A stretch of 64,000 nucleotides of DNA from Pristiophorus japonicus (Eukaryota): positions 181,722,001-181,786,000 of the forward strand of contig NC_091987.1 in assembly GCF_044704955.1 (NCBI RefSeq). Reading direction: 5' to 3'. Numbering within the stretch: position 1 is the first letter of the stretch; the number at the start of each line of letters is the position of its first letter. The position numbers and the translations under genes were made by a program. Positions 25,006 to 38,509 of the stretch are shown here, one piece after another. Under the pieces are notes generated by a model, which saw only the letters and a list, made by a program, of their open reading frames with translations, was not told the origin of the DNA and did not search any database.

Positions 25006-25708
25006 TGTAACGTATGCACCGATGAGTATTCTCACAGGTTTGTAGAGCTATTGAGAAGGGGCTGCTCCTCAAATTATGGTTGTACTTCAGTTCCACGCTC
25101 CTGATCTTTGGGCATCCTGTGCGGAGGGGAGCGGGTAGGTTGGAAGGCCTACTCGTAGGACTGCTCCTGGGCATGGCCAAGGGGGCCATCAGCTGGTCCA
25201 GGCAGCGGGCGGTCGAGGGGGTTGTTTAGCCCAACCGCCTGCCGCTCTTCCATGGGTACATCTGAGCCAGGGTGTCCCTGGAGATGGAGCACGCGGTGTC
25301 CACCGGTATTCTCACAGTCTTCCGTGAGAGGTGGGCACCCATGGCAACCAAATTTGAATTTCAACCATTATTGTTAAAAGTTAATTTATTTAAATTTGCG
25401 GTTTTAGTGCTCCTTTAATAAGAGGTAATTTGATTTACATTTGATTTACAGGTGCAACCAAAAATAGTTGTAGAGCTGTTGAGTTGGGAGTGGCTTAGCC
25501 AGTCACATGATAGTCACAAGACTCAATAAAACCCCAGCCAGTTGGATTCAGGGGATGCACGATGAGGCAGACGGTTGTGAACCTGGTGGATGAACTGGTA
25601 ATGTGTAGTGTGATTGTTAAACCTATTGCTAATAAAGCAACTAGTTCTTAACAACAATGTGTTGCTATGAATTCTTAAGCAAAGAACCCATGAAGCAAAT
25701 ACATTACA
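25006..25708 (+). mobile_element. LTR family A interrupted by one Tx1 fragment (25056-25468)
   Basis: TGTAACGTATGCACC..CTCACAGGT start; TSD TGTAGAGCTATTGAG (25041-25055) and TGTAGAGCTGTTGAG (25469-25483); ends ATTACA. Confidence 0.9.
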
Positions 25709-25730
25709 CAATGGAAGTTGACGGTTTTCC

Positions 25731-26350
25731 ATCACAACCGTAGCATAACCTTTGACCCTGAGCTGAGGGGCCACCATATCCTCTCCATCACCAAGTCCAC
25801 TTGCTTCAACCTCCACCACGCTGCCAGCGTCCTGCCACTGAAACCCTTCTCCATTCTCTTGTCCCTTCCAGATTCCATTTCTCTACTGCCACTGCACCCT
25901 GTCCCAAATTAGACTCGCTTGTCCATTCCCCCCCCCGTCCCCCACCCCGCCCTCGCTGACTGCATCCAATTTAACATGGTTGCCATGATATTCAAATTCT
26001 TCACAACCTTGCAACCCCCGACCTCCGCAAACTGTACTTTGCCTCCCGAACCTTTTGACTGTCAGACTCGAGCCCCCTGTACACCCCCTCCCCATCACCC
26101 GACCATTGGTGGCAGGGCTTTCAATCGTCGCGGCCTAACTAAGCAGAACTGCTCCCTAAATCCCTCTGCATCTTTACTTCTCTTTCCTCCCACAAAAACC
26201 TCCTCTAAACCTACCTTTTTCAACCTAGCTGTCACCTCTGCTAACCAATCCCCCTTGGTTTGGTGTTTGTTGACATTATTTCCTCCGTGTAAAGCACCTT
26301 GTGATGTTTTGCAAGCTGAAGGGAGTTATATAACTGCAAGTTGTTGCAGC
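25731..26350 (+). mobile_element. Old L2-clade LINE 3' fragment
   Basis: TTTGACCCTGAGCTGAG..CTCGCTGACTGCAT..ACCATTGGTGGCAG..AAAGCACCTTG..GCAAGTTGTTG tail. Confidence 0.6.
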
Positions 26351-27055
26351 TGGTGCTACCTGTGGTGGTGACAAGTCGGGTCAGCAAATGGACAGAGCAC
26401 TGATACTGCAAATACAATTGGCGAGTTAGTCACAGCACCCACAGCATGTAATTCCCCACCACTCCCAGAATAAACCGACAGGAAGACATTGGGTGGTGGT
26501 TTCCATGGTTATATATAATTATATATAATCCAGCCCGATAAGCCCTCTGGACATCTGCACTCCACCTATTCTGGCCTTTTGAACATCCCTGATTTTAAAT
26601 GTTCCACCATTGACGGGCGTGCCTTCAGTTGCCTAGTTCCTAAGCTCTGGAATTCAACTCGCTAAATCGCTCTGTCTCTCTGTTTCTCTCTCCTACTTTA
26701 ATACACTCCTTAAAACCTATCTCTTCGACCAAGCTTTTGGTCATCTGTCTTAACATCTCTTTATGTAGCTCAGTGTCAATTTTTTTGTTGCTAATGTCAT
26801 GTATCCTACATGGCTACTGTTGGTACTATCACATTGTATGCCACAGAGGGCACAGCAGTGAGAGACTTGTAGGTTACTTGTACAGGTGTGCCTGGCCTAG
26901 TACAAAAGGCAGGCCACCAGGTGTGATCCTCACTCTGGAGTTAACTAATAAAGGACAAAGGTCACTACAGTTCAAGTACATTGCCTCATGGAGTCATTAT
27001 TAGAGCAGCTAAGGACACAACAATTGGCGACGAGATTACGAACTTTCACACGAAA

Positions 27056-28270
27056 ATGGCTACCCTTGGTATGTTGCAGCAGTTCGCTGATGGTGATGGT
27101 TGGGACGCCTTTGTGGAGAGGTTCAACTATTTCTTTACAGAGTCGACCCGGCCACACTGGCTGATAAGCGCAGAGCTATCTTGCTAACCAGTTGTGGACC
27201 CACCATCTATGGCCTCGTCAGGAATTTGCTGGCACCAGGAAGACAACGACCAAGACGTACAAGGAGCTTGTAACCCTGATCCATGAGCAACTCAAGCCCA
27301 AGGAGAGCATCCTCACAGCCAGATACCGGTTCTACACCCACCGACGCCCCGAAGGCCAGCAGATCACGAGATATGCCGCAGTCCTCAGGAGGCTGGCGGC
27401 ACTGTGCGAGTTGAGTAACCACCTCAACGAAGCGCTGCAGGAGATTTTTGTCATTGCAATTGGTCATGAGGGCCTTCTTCATAAGCTACTGTCGCCGATA
27501 CCACAGTCACACTGCAGAAGGCCATCTCCATGAGCCAGGCATTCATGACCTCGACCTGCGGCTCTAGGCAGATGACTCACCCTCAGGACTCAAACCCGGC
27601 AGGTTCTGTGCACAGAGTGGCGCTGTTTAGAGGCTGGACTGTAGAGCGCGAACCCTCTCAGGTAAGAGAGAACAGGCCTCTGAGTCCCTTAACTCAGAGT
27701 CCGCTGAGGGGGCCTAATCGAATAGCTCCATGCTGGCGATGTGGAGGGAATCACAGGGCTCATAAGTGCTGCTTTAAAGACTATGTTTGTAAAGGCTGCA
27801 ACACAAAGGACCACCTCCAGCGAATGTGTAAGTGAAATATGACTCACTGTGTTGATGAAGCGTCTGCAGATGGCCATGCATCCAGCGCGGATTATGAAAC
27901 GATAGGCAGAGAGGCAGTTCAGCCCCACAATGAGGTATATTGCATGTTTACCTGCAATACCGAGTGTTCTCCGCTGAAGATGGAAGTTGAGATAGATGGC
28001 GTTCCATCTTAATGGAAGTGGACACGGGGGCGAGCCAGTCAGTAATGAATCAAGAAGCCTTTGAGAGGCTATGGAACAATCAAGCTGAATGGCCAAAGCT
28101 GCACACCTACACCGATGAACTTATCCCGGTCGTTGGTAGTGCAAATGTAAAGGTACTCCATGATGGCGCGGTGCACAAGTTACCCATGTGGATTGTTGCA
28201 GGTGATGGACCAACACTGCTCGGCAGACGGTGGATGGAGAAGATCCATTGGAAGTGGGAAGACTTCAACC
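27056..28270 (+). pseudogene. Frameshifted gag (two zinc knuckles) and aspartic protease
   Basis: MATLG..WDAFVERF; RYRFY..R..GQ; CWRCGGNH...C and CKGCNTKDHLQRMC; MEVDTGASQS..TLLGRRW. Confidence 0.85.
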
Positions 28271-28829
28271 CTCCAGCGATCGACATCCTCCGCGCTCGGA
28301 GGCACAGCAAGACCTCACTTGAGGGTGGACCCGGCACCAGAGAGCAGACCAGCACAGCACCCGAGGCACAGACCGCTCAGCACGACTGCATCGAGACGAT
28401 GCAGCTGAGACGACCCGAGTGCACCTTCCAGGCTACAGTGGCTGGACTCCGGAGGAAGAAAATCGGATCCAGAGGCGACTTCCCAGCTTCGGTGGCAGAA
28501 CCCGGGGAGAAGAGGATCACCGCAGTCGATATCATGGATGGAGGAAAGATGGCGCCCAAACCTCGAGGCGCTGAAGGAAAAGATGGCCGCAGCCAGAACA
28601 CGAGGTGCTGCGCTGATGGAGCAACACCTGGCACCAAGTGAAGAAGAGGATTAGGGTAAAGTAAGCAAGGCTCTCTTAAAGGAGAGGCCTGCAACCCACT
28701 ACAATTAAAGGGACAGTTCCACACACTCAAGCAATGTAATAGCAAATGTAAGTTAGAGAAAAATGTGTAAGTGATGATCAGAGTTGTGTACATACAATAA
28801 GCAAGGAAAAGTTGCGCGATCGCAATCGG

Positions 28830-31800
28830 TTACTCAGGTAGCGAGGGAATGGGTGACCATCAGGAAGAGCAATGGAAGGAAGGTAGTACAGGGGTCCCCT
28901 GCGGTCATCCCCCTCCAAAGCAGATACACCGCCTTGGGTGTTGTTGGGGGGGATGACTCATCAGGGGAAGGCAGCAGCAGTCAAGTTCATGGCACCATGG
29001 GTGGCTCTGCTGAGGAGGGCAGGAAGAAGAGTGGGAGAGCTATAGTGGTAGGGGATTCTATTGTAAGGGGAATAGATAGACGTTTCTGTGGCCACAATCG
29101 AGACTCCAGGATGGTATGTTGCCTCCCTGATGCAAGGGTCAAGGATATCTCGGAGCGGCTGCAGGACATTTTGGAGGGGAAAGGTGAACATCCAGTTGTC
29201 GTGGTGGGTATTGGTACAAACAATATAGGTAAAAAATGGGATGAGGTCCTACAAGCTGAATTTAGGGAGCTAGGAGTTAAATTAAAAAGTAGGACCTCAA
29301 AGGTAGTAATCTCAGGATTGCTAACAGTGCCACATGCTAGTCAGAGTAGGAATTGCAGGATAGCTAAGATGAATATGTGGCTTGAAGAATGGTGCAAGAG
29401 GGAGAGATTCAAATTCCTGGGACATTGGAACCAGTTCTGGGAGAGGTGCGACCAGTACAAACCGGACGGTCTGCACCTGGGCAGAACTGGTACCAATGTC
29501 CTAGGGGGAGTGTCTGCTAGTGCTGTTGGGGAGGGTTAAACTAATATGGCAGGGGAATGGGAACCTATGCAGGGAGACACAGAGAAGTAGAATGGGGGCA
29601 GAAGCAAAAGATAGAAAGAAGAAAAGTTAAAGTGAAGGGCAGAAAAACCCAAGGCAAAAATCAAAATGGGCCACATTATAGTAGAATTCTAAAGGGGCAA
29701 AGTGTGTTAAAAAGACAAGCCTGAAGGCTCTGTGCTTCAATACAAGGAGTATTCCTAATAAGGTGGATGAATTAACTACACAGGCAGCTATTAACGAATA
29801 TGATATAATTGGCATTATGGAGACATGGCTCCAGGGTGACCAAGGCTGGGAACTCAACATCCAGGGGTATTCAACATTCAGGAAGGATAGGCAGAAAGGA
29901 AAAGGAGGTGGGGTGGCGTTGCTGGTTAAAAAGGAAATTAAAGCAATAGTAAGGAAGGACATTAGCTCGGATGATGTAGCATCTGTATGGGTAGAGCTGT
30001 GGAATACCAAAGGGCAGAAAACGGTAGTGAGATTGGGGACAGCAGTAAACAAGAAATTAGGGATGCATGCAATAAAGGTACAGCAGTTATCATGGGCGAC
30101 TTTAATCTACATATAGATTGGGCTAACCAAACTGGTAGCAATACAGTGGAGGAGGATTTCCTGGAGTACATTAGAGATGTTTTTCTAGACCAATATGTTG
30201 AGGAACCAACTAGAGGGCTGGCCATCGTAGACTGGGTGATGTGTAATGAGAAAGGACGAATTAGCAATCTGATTGTGCCAGGCCCCTTGGGAAAGAGTGA
30301 CCATAATATGGTAGAATTCTTTATTCAAAGACTAGGGTCCTGAACTTAGGGAAAGGTAACTTCAATGGTATGGGACGTGAATTGGCTAGAATAGACTGGC
30401 GAACGATACTTAAAGGGTTGACAGTGGATAGACAATGGCAAACATTTAAGGATCACATAGATGAACTTCAACAATTGTACATCCCGGTCTGGAGTAAAAA
30501 TAAAATGGGGAAGGTGGCTCAACCGTGGCTAACAAGGGAAATTAAGGATAGTGTTAAATCCAAGAAAGAGGCATATAAATTGGCCAGAAAAAGCAGCAAA
30601 CCTGAGGACTGGGAGAAATTTAGAATTCAGCAGAGGAGGACAAAGGGTTTAATTAAGAGTGGGAAAATAGGGTATGAGAGGAAGCTTGCTGGGAACATAA
30701 AAACTGACTGCAAAAGCTTCTATAGATATGTGAAGAGAAAAAGATTAGTGAAGACAAACATAGGTCCCTTGAAGTCAGAATCAGGTGAATTTATAATGGG
30801 AATAAAGAAATGACAGACCAATTGAACAAATACTTTGGTTCTGTCTTCACGAAGGAAGACACAAATAACCTTCCGGAAATATTAGGGGACAGAGGGTCTA
30901 GGGAGTAGGAGGAACTGAAGGAAATCCTTATTATTCGGGAGAAGGAGGAACTGAAGGAAATCCTTATTATTCAGGAAATTGTGTTAGGGAAATTGATGGG
31001 ATTGAAGGCCGAAAAATCCCCAGGGCCTGATAGTCTACATCCCAGAGTACTTAAGGAAATGGCCCTAGAAATAGTGGATGCATTGGTGATCATTTTCCAG
31101 CAGTCTATTGACTCTGGATCAGTTCCTATGGACTGGAGGGTAGATAATGTAGCACCACTTTTTAAGAAAAGAGGGAGAGAGAAAACAGGGAATTATAGAC
31201 TGGTTAGCCTGACATCAGTGGTGGGGAAAATGTTGGAATCAATTATTAAAAATGAAATAACAGCGCATTAGGAAAACAGTGACAGGATCGGTCCAAGTCA
31301 GCATGGATTTAGGAAAGGGAAATCATGCTTGACAAATCTTCTAGAATATTTTGAGGATGTAACTAGTAGAGTGACCAGGGGAGAAGCAGTGGATGTGGTG
31401 TATTTGGACGAGGTCCCACACAAGAGAGTGGTGTGCAAAATTAAAGCACATGGTATTGGGGGTAATGTATTGACGTGGATACAGAACTGGTTGGCAGACA
31501 GGAAGCAGAGAGTTGGGATAAAATGGTCCTTTTCAGAATGGTAGGCAGTGACTAGTGGGGTGCCGTGGGGCTCAGTGCTGGGACCCCAGCAATTTACAAT
31601 ATACATCAATGATTTAGATGAAGGAATTGAATGTAATATCTCGAAGTTTGCAGATGATACTAAGCTGGGTGGCAGTGTGAGCTGTGAGGAGGATGCTAAG
31701 AGGCTGCAGGGTGACTTGGACAGGTTAGGTGAGTGGGCAAATGCATGACAGATGCAGTATAATGTGGATAAATGTGAGGTTATCCACTTTGATGGCAAAA

Positions 31801-32554
31801 CCACAAAGGCAGAATATTATCTGAATGGCGGCAGATTAGGAAAAGGGGAGGTGAAACGAGACCTGGGTGTCATGGTACATCAGTCGTTGAAAGTTGGCAT
31901 GCAGGTTCAGCAGGTGGTGAAGAAGGCAAATGGTATGTTGGCCTTCATAGCTAGGGGATTTGAGTATAGGAGCAGAGAGGTCTTACTACGGTTGTACAGG
32001 GCCTTGGTGAGGCCTCACCTGGAATATTGTGTTCAGTTTTGGTCTCCTAATCTGAGGAAGGACATTCTTGCTATTGAGGGAGTGCAACGAATGTTCACCA
32101 GACTGATTCCCGGGATGGCAGCACTGACCTATGAGGAGAGACTGGATCGACTGGACCTGTATTCACTGGAGTTTAGAAGGATGAGAGGGGATCTCATAGA
32201 AACATATAAAATTCTGACGGGATTGGACAGGTTAGATGCAGGAAGAATGTTCCCGATGTTGGGAAAGTCCAGAACCAGGGGATACAATCTAAGGATAAGG
32301 GGTAAGCCATTTAGGACTGAGATGAGGAGAAACTTCTTCACAATTCTCTGTTGCAGAGAATTGTTGATGCCAGTTCATTGGATATATTCAAGAGGGAGTT
32401 AGATATGACCCTAGTGGCTAAAGGGATCAAGGGGTATGGAGAGAAAGCAGGAAAGGGGTACTGAGTTGATGATCAGTCATGATCTGATTGAAAGGTGGTG
32501 CAGGCTCGAAGGGCCGAATGGCCTACTCTTGCACCTATTTTCTATGTTTCTATG
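28830..32554 (+). mobile_element. Near-full-length CR1 LINE (ORF1 esterase plus ORF2 APE-RT), decayed
   Basis: ORF1 SGNH motifs GDSIVR, GTNN, DGLHL; APE motifs IIGIMETWL, MGDFN, SDHN; RT FADD; (TTTCTATG)n tail; several stops and frameshifts. Confidence 0.95.
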
Positions 32555-34415
32555 GAACTACAGAGTATCCATCATAAGTAACGAAAAGTTGTGTGATGTA
32601 GGATTTCAACTGCATGCAGCCAATGCTACCCAATGCTGTAGCCTGCGTACCAGGGACCAGAGTTATGCACCATGGAGTGTGGCCACAAGCAGCCAACACA
32701 CACGAGCTGCAGAGCAAGCGACCTCAGCAGGGCAATGGCACCGGTATCGATACCCTGCCCCTGATCGGCTCCACCGCTCAGGTACCCAATGGCACTGACC
32801 GCCACGAGCCTGAAAGAGCAAACCATGCTAAGGCGCAGTCCCCAGACCCCATCGCCACCAAAGCCATACCTGCAAACAAAGGGTCACCCGCTACAGTCCC
32901 CCAAAGGGGAGCTGGACCAACCAGGATTCCAAACCAAACAACGCCCAGGCTAGCGAGTCAGCAGTTCCCTCAGGGAGCAGCAGCGACCCAGGGCGCAAAG
33001 AAAGGACAGGGAGGTCACAGGCATCTGTGAACCTGCCCGACGCTAGGAACCACAGCAACAGCCCCAAGAGCAGGCAACCCGAGCCAACCGGGTTCCCACT
33101 GCCAGCACTGGGCACTGCGCCACCATCAGACTGCAGGGACACCATCCCGCAATTCTGGAACTAGTTTGCCCTTACGCACTGGTCACTGCATCGATAATGT
33201 ATCTCACCAGTCTAACATACTTGCCTCACAACGGAACCACAAATGTAATGCAACTTTGTTTTTCTGAACTTGAATGTATATGAATGCAATGAGCCTCTGG
33301 CATAATCTATATGTGGGGGGGTCCGGGGGGGGGGCGGGGGGGAGAATGGAGTGGTCAGGGACACACACAAACAGCAACCACCAGCACTCTACTGCACCAA
33401 CTACTCACCCAAGATTGAAACGACCTGCCAAGGTCAATCAGATAGAGCCCAGATAGAGCTAAGCCCAGAGCACAATCAATGCATAGGCGACTTGCATTAA
33501 AGGCTTAGGGGAGAGTGATGTCATGTATCCTATATGGCTACTATTGGTACTATCACAAGGTGTGCCACCAGAGGGCACAGCAGTGGGAGACTTGTAGGTT
33601 ACCTGTACAGGTGTGCCTGGCCTAGTATAAAAGGCAGGCCACCAGGTGTGATCCTCACTCTGGAGTTAGCAAATAAAAGACTAAGGTCACTACAGTTCAA
33701 GTACAACACGTTGCATCGTGGAGTCATAATTAGAGCATCTATGGACACAACAGTTGATTAAACCCCTGTGAAAAGCCTTGGGATGTTTTATTACATGAAA
33801 GGCACTATATCAATGTAAGTTGTTGTTCTGAATCACAGAACCACTTGGGGCCCCAGCTGAATTGCTTATACTGCTATCTAATGGCTGAAGAATAACACGA
33901 TGTATCGTTGATCTGGGTAGTGTAAGGGGTTCGTGGGAGCTGGGAGGCCAGAGGTATGTGGAATAACAAATCCTCGTTGATGTTCAGAATGCTGCCTGCT
34001 CCGTCCTTACCAATATCACCAAGACAGTCCAGGAACTGATCTCTGTCAGAGCAGCAATGAGGCAGTACAATTGTTCTTGGCACACCTGGGTGAAAGCCTC
34101 ATTGCCTTCTGCCCTGACAAAGCTTTGCCCAACACCCCCTTGCTGTAGTGAGGGGAACCTGAATCATTGCCTGCATAATAAAGCGGCCTGGACCTTGAAT
34201 TGCCCCACCGAATGTGAGAGGGAATGGGACATGACCTCCCCTTGTAATGGGCACCTCTGCCTCTCTGTGCAAAGAGCTGAATCTCACATCCCCGCCCCTG
34301 GAGCTCTGAGCTCACTTCTGTGTAGTAGGGCCTGGATCTTAATTCTTCCCACACTGAGGAGGGCCCTGAATCGACATTTCCTCAGTTGTACAGGAGGTGT
34401 GGTCTAACACTTGTC

Positions 34416-34980
34416 TCATCATCATAGGCGGTCCCTCGAATAAGGATGATTTGTTTCCACAAGAGTTCACAGATGTTTCAATGAAGGACCCGATATTCCA
34501 GTCCTGAACTCCAATTGAAGCTGAGGAAGATGTCTGTGCATGGATTTTTTTAACATGTGGTGACCGTTGCACACCAGCCACCACGCGGGTTTGACAGACC
34601 TAGGCCTTTATCCAGTGGCAAGGGTTAACCAGGACGACTGGAGATCTGCTCTGCTGCATGGACTTAATGCGCGCAGAGTGGGCTGGCCCGTGCTACCCCT
34701 GGGCCCTCGGCTCTTCTGGGCCCCGTACCTTCATTTGCCGCACCTCCACCACAATCTCTTCCCACTCCTCCGCCATGATCTCTCGCCACTCCTCCGCCAC
34801 AATCTCTCGCCGCTCATCCGCCCCGTTCTTCCCTCCGCTGTACCTGGGCCCCGCCGATGTTCCTGCCCACGCTTGAAACGACGATCTGGGTTTTGAGGAC
34901 GTCACCCAGTCACACACCTCAAAATCGTCACACACTTGGAACAGCTCGCACTGGAAGTTGTAGTGGTACGTAGTGGTAGA
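34416..34980 (-). mobile_element. RTE-tailed non-autonomous retroposon with a 24-bp internal tandem repeat
   Basis: (GAT)n tail; body matches 24022-24330; about 3 copies of a CTCCGCCAC.ATCTCTCGCC.CTC unit at 34744-34822. Confidence 0.65.
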
Positions 34981-35129
34981 AAACACCTCCACAAGTCGGA
35001 CTATAAAAGAGCTGGAGCGGCGGGCCTCGAACATCGTGGCCCCCTGACCTGCAAGAGAACACACTAGTCTATAGGCCCCCAAACAGTAACAACTCTGATG
35101 GTCGGAGCATAAACCAGGAAATAGTGGGG

Positions 35130-37635
35130 GCATGTAAAAAGGGAACAGCAATAGTCATGGGTGATTTTAACCTCCATATTGATTAGACAAATCAAATTGG
35201 TCAGGGAAGCCTTGATGAAGAGTTTATAGAGTGCATAAGTGACGGGTTCCTTGAGCAGTATGTAACAGAACCAACCAGGGAGCAGGCTATCTTAGATTTT
35301 GTCGTGTGTAATGAGACAGGATTAATAAACAATCTCCTAGTAAAGGATCCCCTTGGAATGAGTGATCATAGCATGGTTGAATTTCAAATTCAGATAGAGG
35401 GCAAGAAAGTTGGATCTCAAACCAGCGTACCAATCTTAAATAAAGGAGACTACAAAGGTATGAGGGCAGATTTGGCTAAAGTGGACTGGGAAAATAGGTT
35501 AAAGTGTAGGACAGTTGATGAACAGTGGCATACATTTAAAGAGATATTTCACAACTCTCAAGAAAAATATATTCCAGTGAGGAGGAAAGGGTATAAGAGA
35601 AAAGATAGCCATCCGTGGCTAACTAAAGAAATAAAGCATGTTATTCAATTAAAAACAAGGGCATACAAAGTGGCCAAGACAGAAGATTGGGAAGCTTTTA
35701 AAAGCCAGCAAAAAATGACTAAAAAAATGATTAAGAAAAGGAAGATAGACTATGAAAGTAAACTAGGACAAAATATAAAAACAGATAGCAAGAGTTTGTA
35801 CAGGTATATAAAAAGGAAGAGTGACTAAAGTAAATGTTGGTCCCTTAGAAGCCGAAACCAGGGAATTAGTGATGGGGAACATGGAGATGGCAAAACACTG
35901 AACAAATATTTTGTACACGGTATCAGTGTTTACGGTAGAGGATACTAAAAATATACCGCCTGTGGATACTCGAGGAGCTATAGGGGGGAGGAACTTAACA
36001 CAATCACAATCATTAAAGAGATGGTACTCAGTAAGATAATGGGACTAAAGGCAGATAACTCCCATGGACCTGATGGCTTACATCCTAGGGTCTTAAGAGA
36101 AGTAGCAGCAAGGATTGTGGATGCATTGTTTGTAATTTACCAAAATTCCTTGGATTCTGAAGAAGTCCCAGCAGATTGGAAAACTGCAAATGTAACACCC
36201 CTATTTAAAAAAGGAGGCAGACAAAAAGCAGGAAACTATAGACCAGTTAGCCTAACATCTGTGGTTGGGAAAATGTTGGAGTCCATTATTAAAGAAGCAG
36301 TAGCAGGACATTTGGAAAAGCATAATTCGGTCAGGCAGAGTCAGCATGGATTTATGAAGGGGAAATCATGTTTGACAAATTTGCTGGAATTCTTTGAGGA
36401 TGTAACGAACAGGGTGGATAAAGGGGAACCAGTGGATGTGGTGTATTTGGACTTCCAGAAGGCATTTGAAAAGGTGCCACATAAAAGGTTACTGCACAAG
36501 ATAAAAGTTCATGGGGTTGGGGGTAATATATTAGCATGGATAGAGGATTGGCTAACTAACAGAAAACAGGGTCGGGATAAATGGGTTATTCTCGGGTTGG
36601 CAATCAGTAACTAGTGGGGTGCCGCAGAGATCAGTGCTGGGACCCCAACTAATTTCAATCTATATTAACGACTAGGATGAAGGGACTGAGTATAACGTAG
36701 CCAAGTTTGCTGACGATACAAAGATGGGAGGAAAAGCAATATGTGAGGGGGACACAAAAAACCTGCAAAAGGACATAGACAGGCTAAGTGAGTGGGCAAA
36801 AATTTGGCAGATGGAATATAATGTTGGAAAGTGTGAGGTTGTGCACGTTGGCAGAAAAAAATCAAAGAGCAAGTTATTATTTAAATGGAGAAAAATTACA
36901 AAGTGCTGCAGTACAGCTGGACCTGGGGGTCCTGGTGCATGAAACACAAAAGGTTAGTATGTGCAGGTACAGCAAGTGATCAGGAAGGCCAATGGAATCT
37001 TGGCCTTTATTGCAAAAGGGATGGAGTAGAAAAGCAGAGAAGTCTTGCTACAATTATACAGTGTATTGGTGAGTCCACACTATTGCATACAGTTTTGGTT
37101 TCCATATTTAAGAAAGGATATATTTGCTTTGGAGGCAGTTCAGAGAAGGTTCACTAGGTTGATTCCGGGGATGAGGGGGTTGATTTATGAGGAAAGGTTG
37201 AGGAGGTTGGGCCTCTACTCATTGGAACTCAGAAGAATGAGAGGTGATCTTATCGAAATGTATAAGATTATGAGGGGGCTTGACAAGGTGGATGCAGAGA
37301 GGATGTTTCCAATGATAGGGGTTACTAGAACTAGGGGGCATAATCTTAGAATAAGGGACCACCCACTTAAAACTGAGATGAGGAGGAATTTCTTTTCTCA
37401 GAGGGTTGTAAATCCTGGAATTTGTTGCCTCAGAGAGCTGTGGAAGCTGGGTCATTGAATAAATTTAAGACAGAGAAAACAGTTTCTTAAACGATAAGGG
37501 ATTATGGGGTTATGGGGAGCAAGCAGGGAAATGGAGCTGAGTCCATGATCGGATCAGCCATGATCGTATTAAATGGCGGAGCAGGCTCGAGGGGCCGTAT
37601 AGCCTACTCCTGCTCCTATTTCTTATGTTCTTATG
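35130..37635 (+). mobile_element. CR1 LINE, 5'-truncated (TTCTTATG-tail subfamily)
   Basis: APE end (MGDFN, SDH) and RT ORFs 36021-37458; tail at 37620-37635. Confidence 0.95.
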
Positions 37636-37817
37636 ACCTCACTTCCTCCTGCACAGGGGGGGGTGACCTCACTTTCTCCTGTACAGGGGGGTGACCTCAT
37701 TTCCTCTGTACAGGGGGGGGTGACCTCACTTCCTCCTGCACAGGAAAATGACCTCACTTCCTTCTGTACAGTGGGGATGATCTCACTTCCTCCTGTACTG
37801 GGGGTCTGACCTCACTT
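37634..37817. repeat. About 30-bp tandem repeat, 6-7 units
   Basis: TGACCTCACTTCCTCCTG(C/T)ACAGGGGGGG repeated. Confidence 0.9.
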
Positions 37818-38509
37818 GCTCTGGCCATAGTTAGTTCTGTGATTTAGAATGACCTGGACAGCCTGATTAGTTGTGAAAATCATTGTACACGGAGCCTGTA
37901 TCCCCGCTTCCTTTTCCACAACAGTTACTTTGTACTTCTGCTGAGATTAATGACCCCTTTAATGTTGCTCGCAAGTGCTGACAGTTCAGGGAGCTCTCAG
38001 TTCTGGTTAAGTCAAATGAGTTGACTCAATGGCAATCAATATGCTTAAACTAAGCTGAGATAAGCATGCTGATAAAGCAGAGCTGGATATTGGCCATGAC
38101 TTAATACATACAAACTAGAGTCACATCTTTCCACTGTCACCCTTAATACATGGGCAGGAATACCTGATCTGACCTTTTGTGGACTGGGTGGACATAATCT
38201 CAAACTGGATTATAAGGTCATTACCTCCCCTCCCAACTTTTCTTTACCTACCTCACCTCTAGGCTCCAGTTCTCTTTGGATCACAACCGTTCCAGCTGTT
38301 TCTCACCCTCCGTGTACAGAATTACTTGCTGGATTCTCTCCTAAACTAGCCCTTCACAAACCGGAACCTGCACCATCTTGTCCAGTGGGCTGACATCTCT
38401 CAAAGTATTTGGGATGAATTTCCTCAGAGCTGCTCCCGCTCCACCACCGTAACCTCACTGTAAGTACGGCGGAAACCCTGTTTATGTACATAAGCATCTT
38501 TCATGCTCC

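Larger units (their letters stand above)
26795..33752 (+). mobile_element. Gypsy-type LTR retrotransposon, non-autonomous (gag plus protease only)
   Basis: 5' LTR 26795-27022 and 3' LTR 33519-33752 (TGTCATG..ACAACA); PBS TGGCGACGAG at 27025-27034 (complementary to the recalled tRNA-Ser(GCT) 3' end); PPT AGGGGAGAGTGA at 33507-33518. Confidence 0.9.
26545..33828 (+). mobile_element. L2 3' end split by the Gypsy element (pieces 26545-26794 and 33753-33828)
   Basis: Left piece ends CTCAGTGTCAATTTTTTTGTTG; right piece continues CCTGTGAAAAGCCTTGGGATG..AAAGGCACTATAT..AAGTTGTTG. Confidence 0.7.

Noticed and set aside
28784-29539. Host SGNH/GDSL esterase gene
   Set aside because: It is the known esterase domain of CR1 ORF1, directly upstream of APE-RT.
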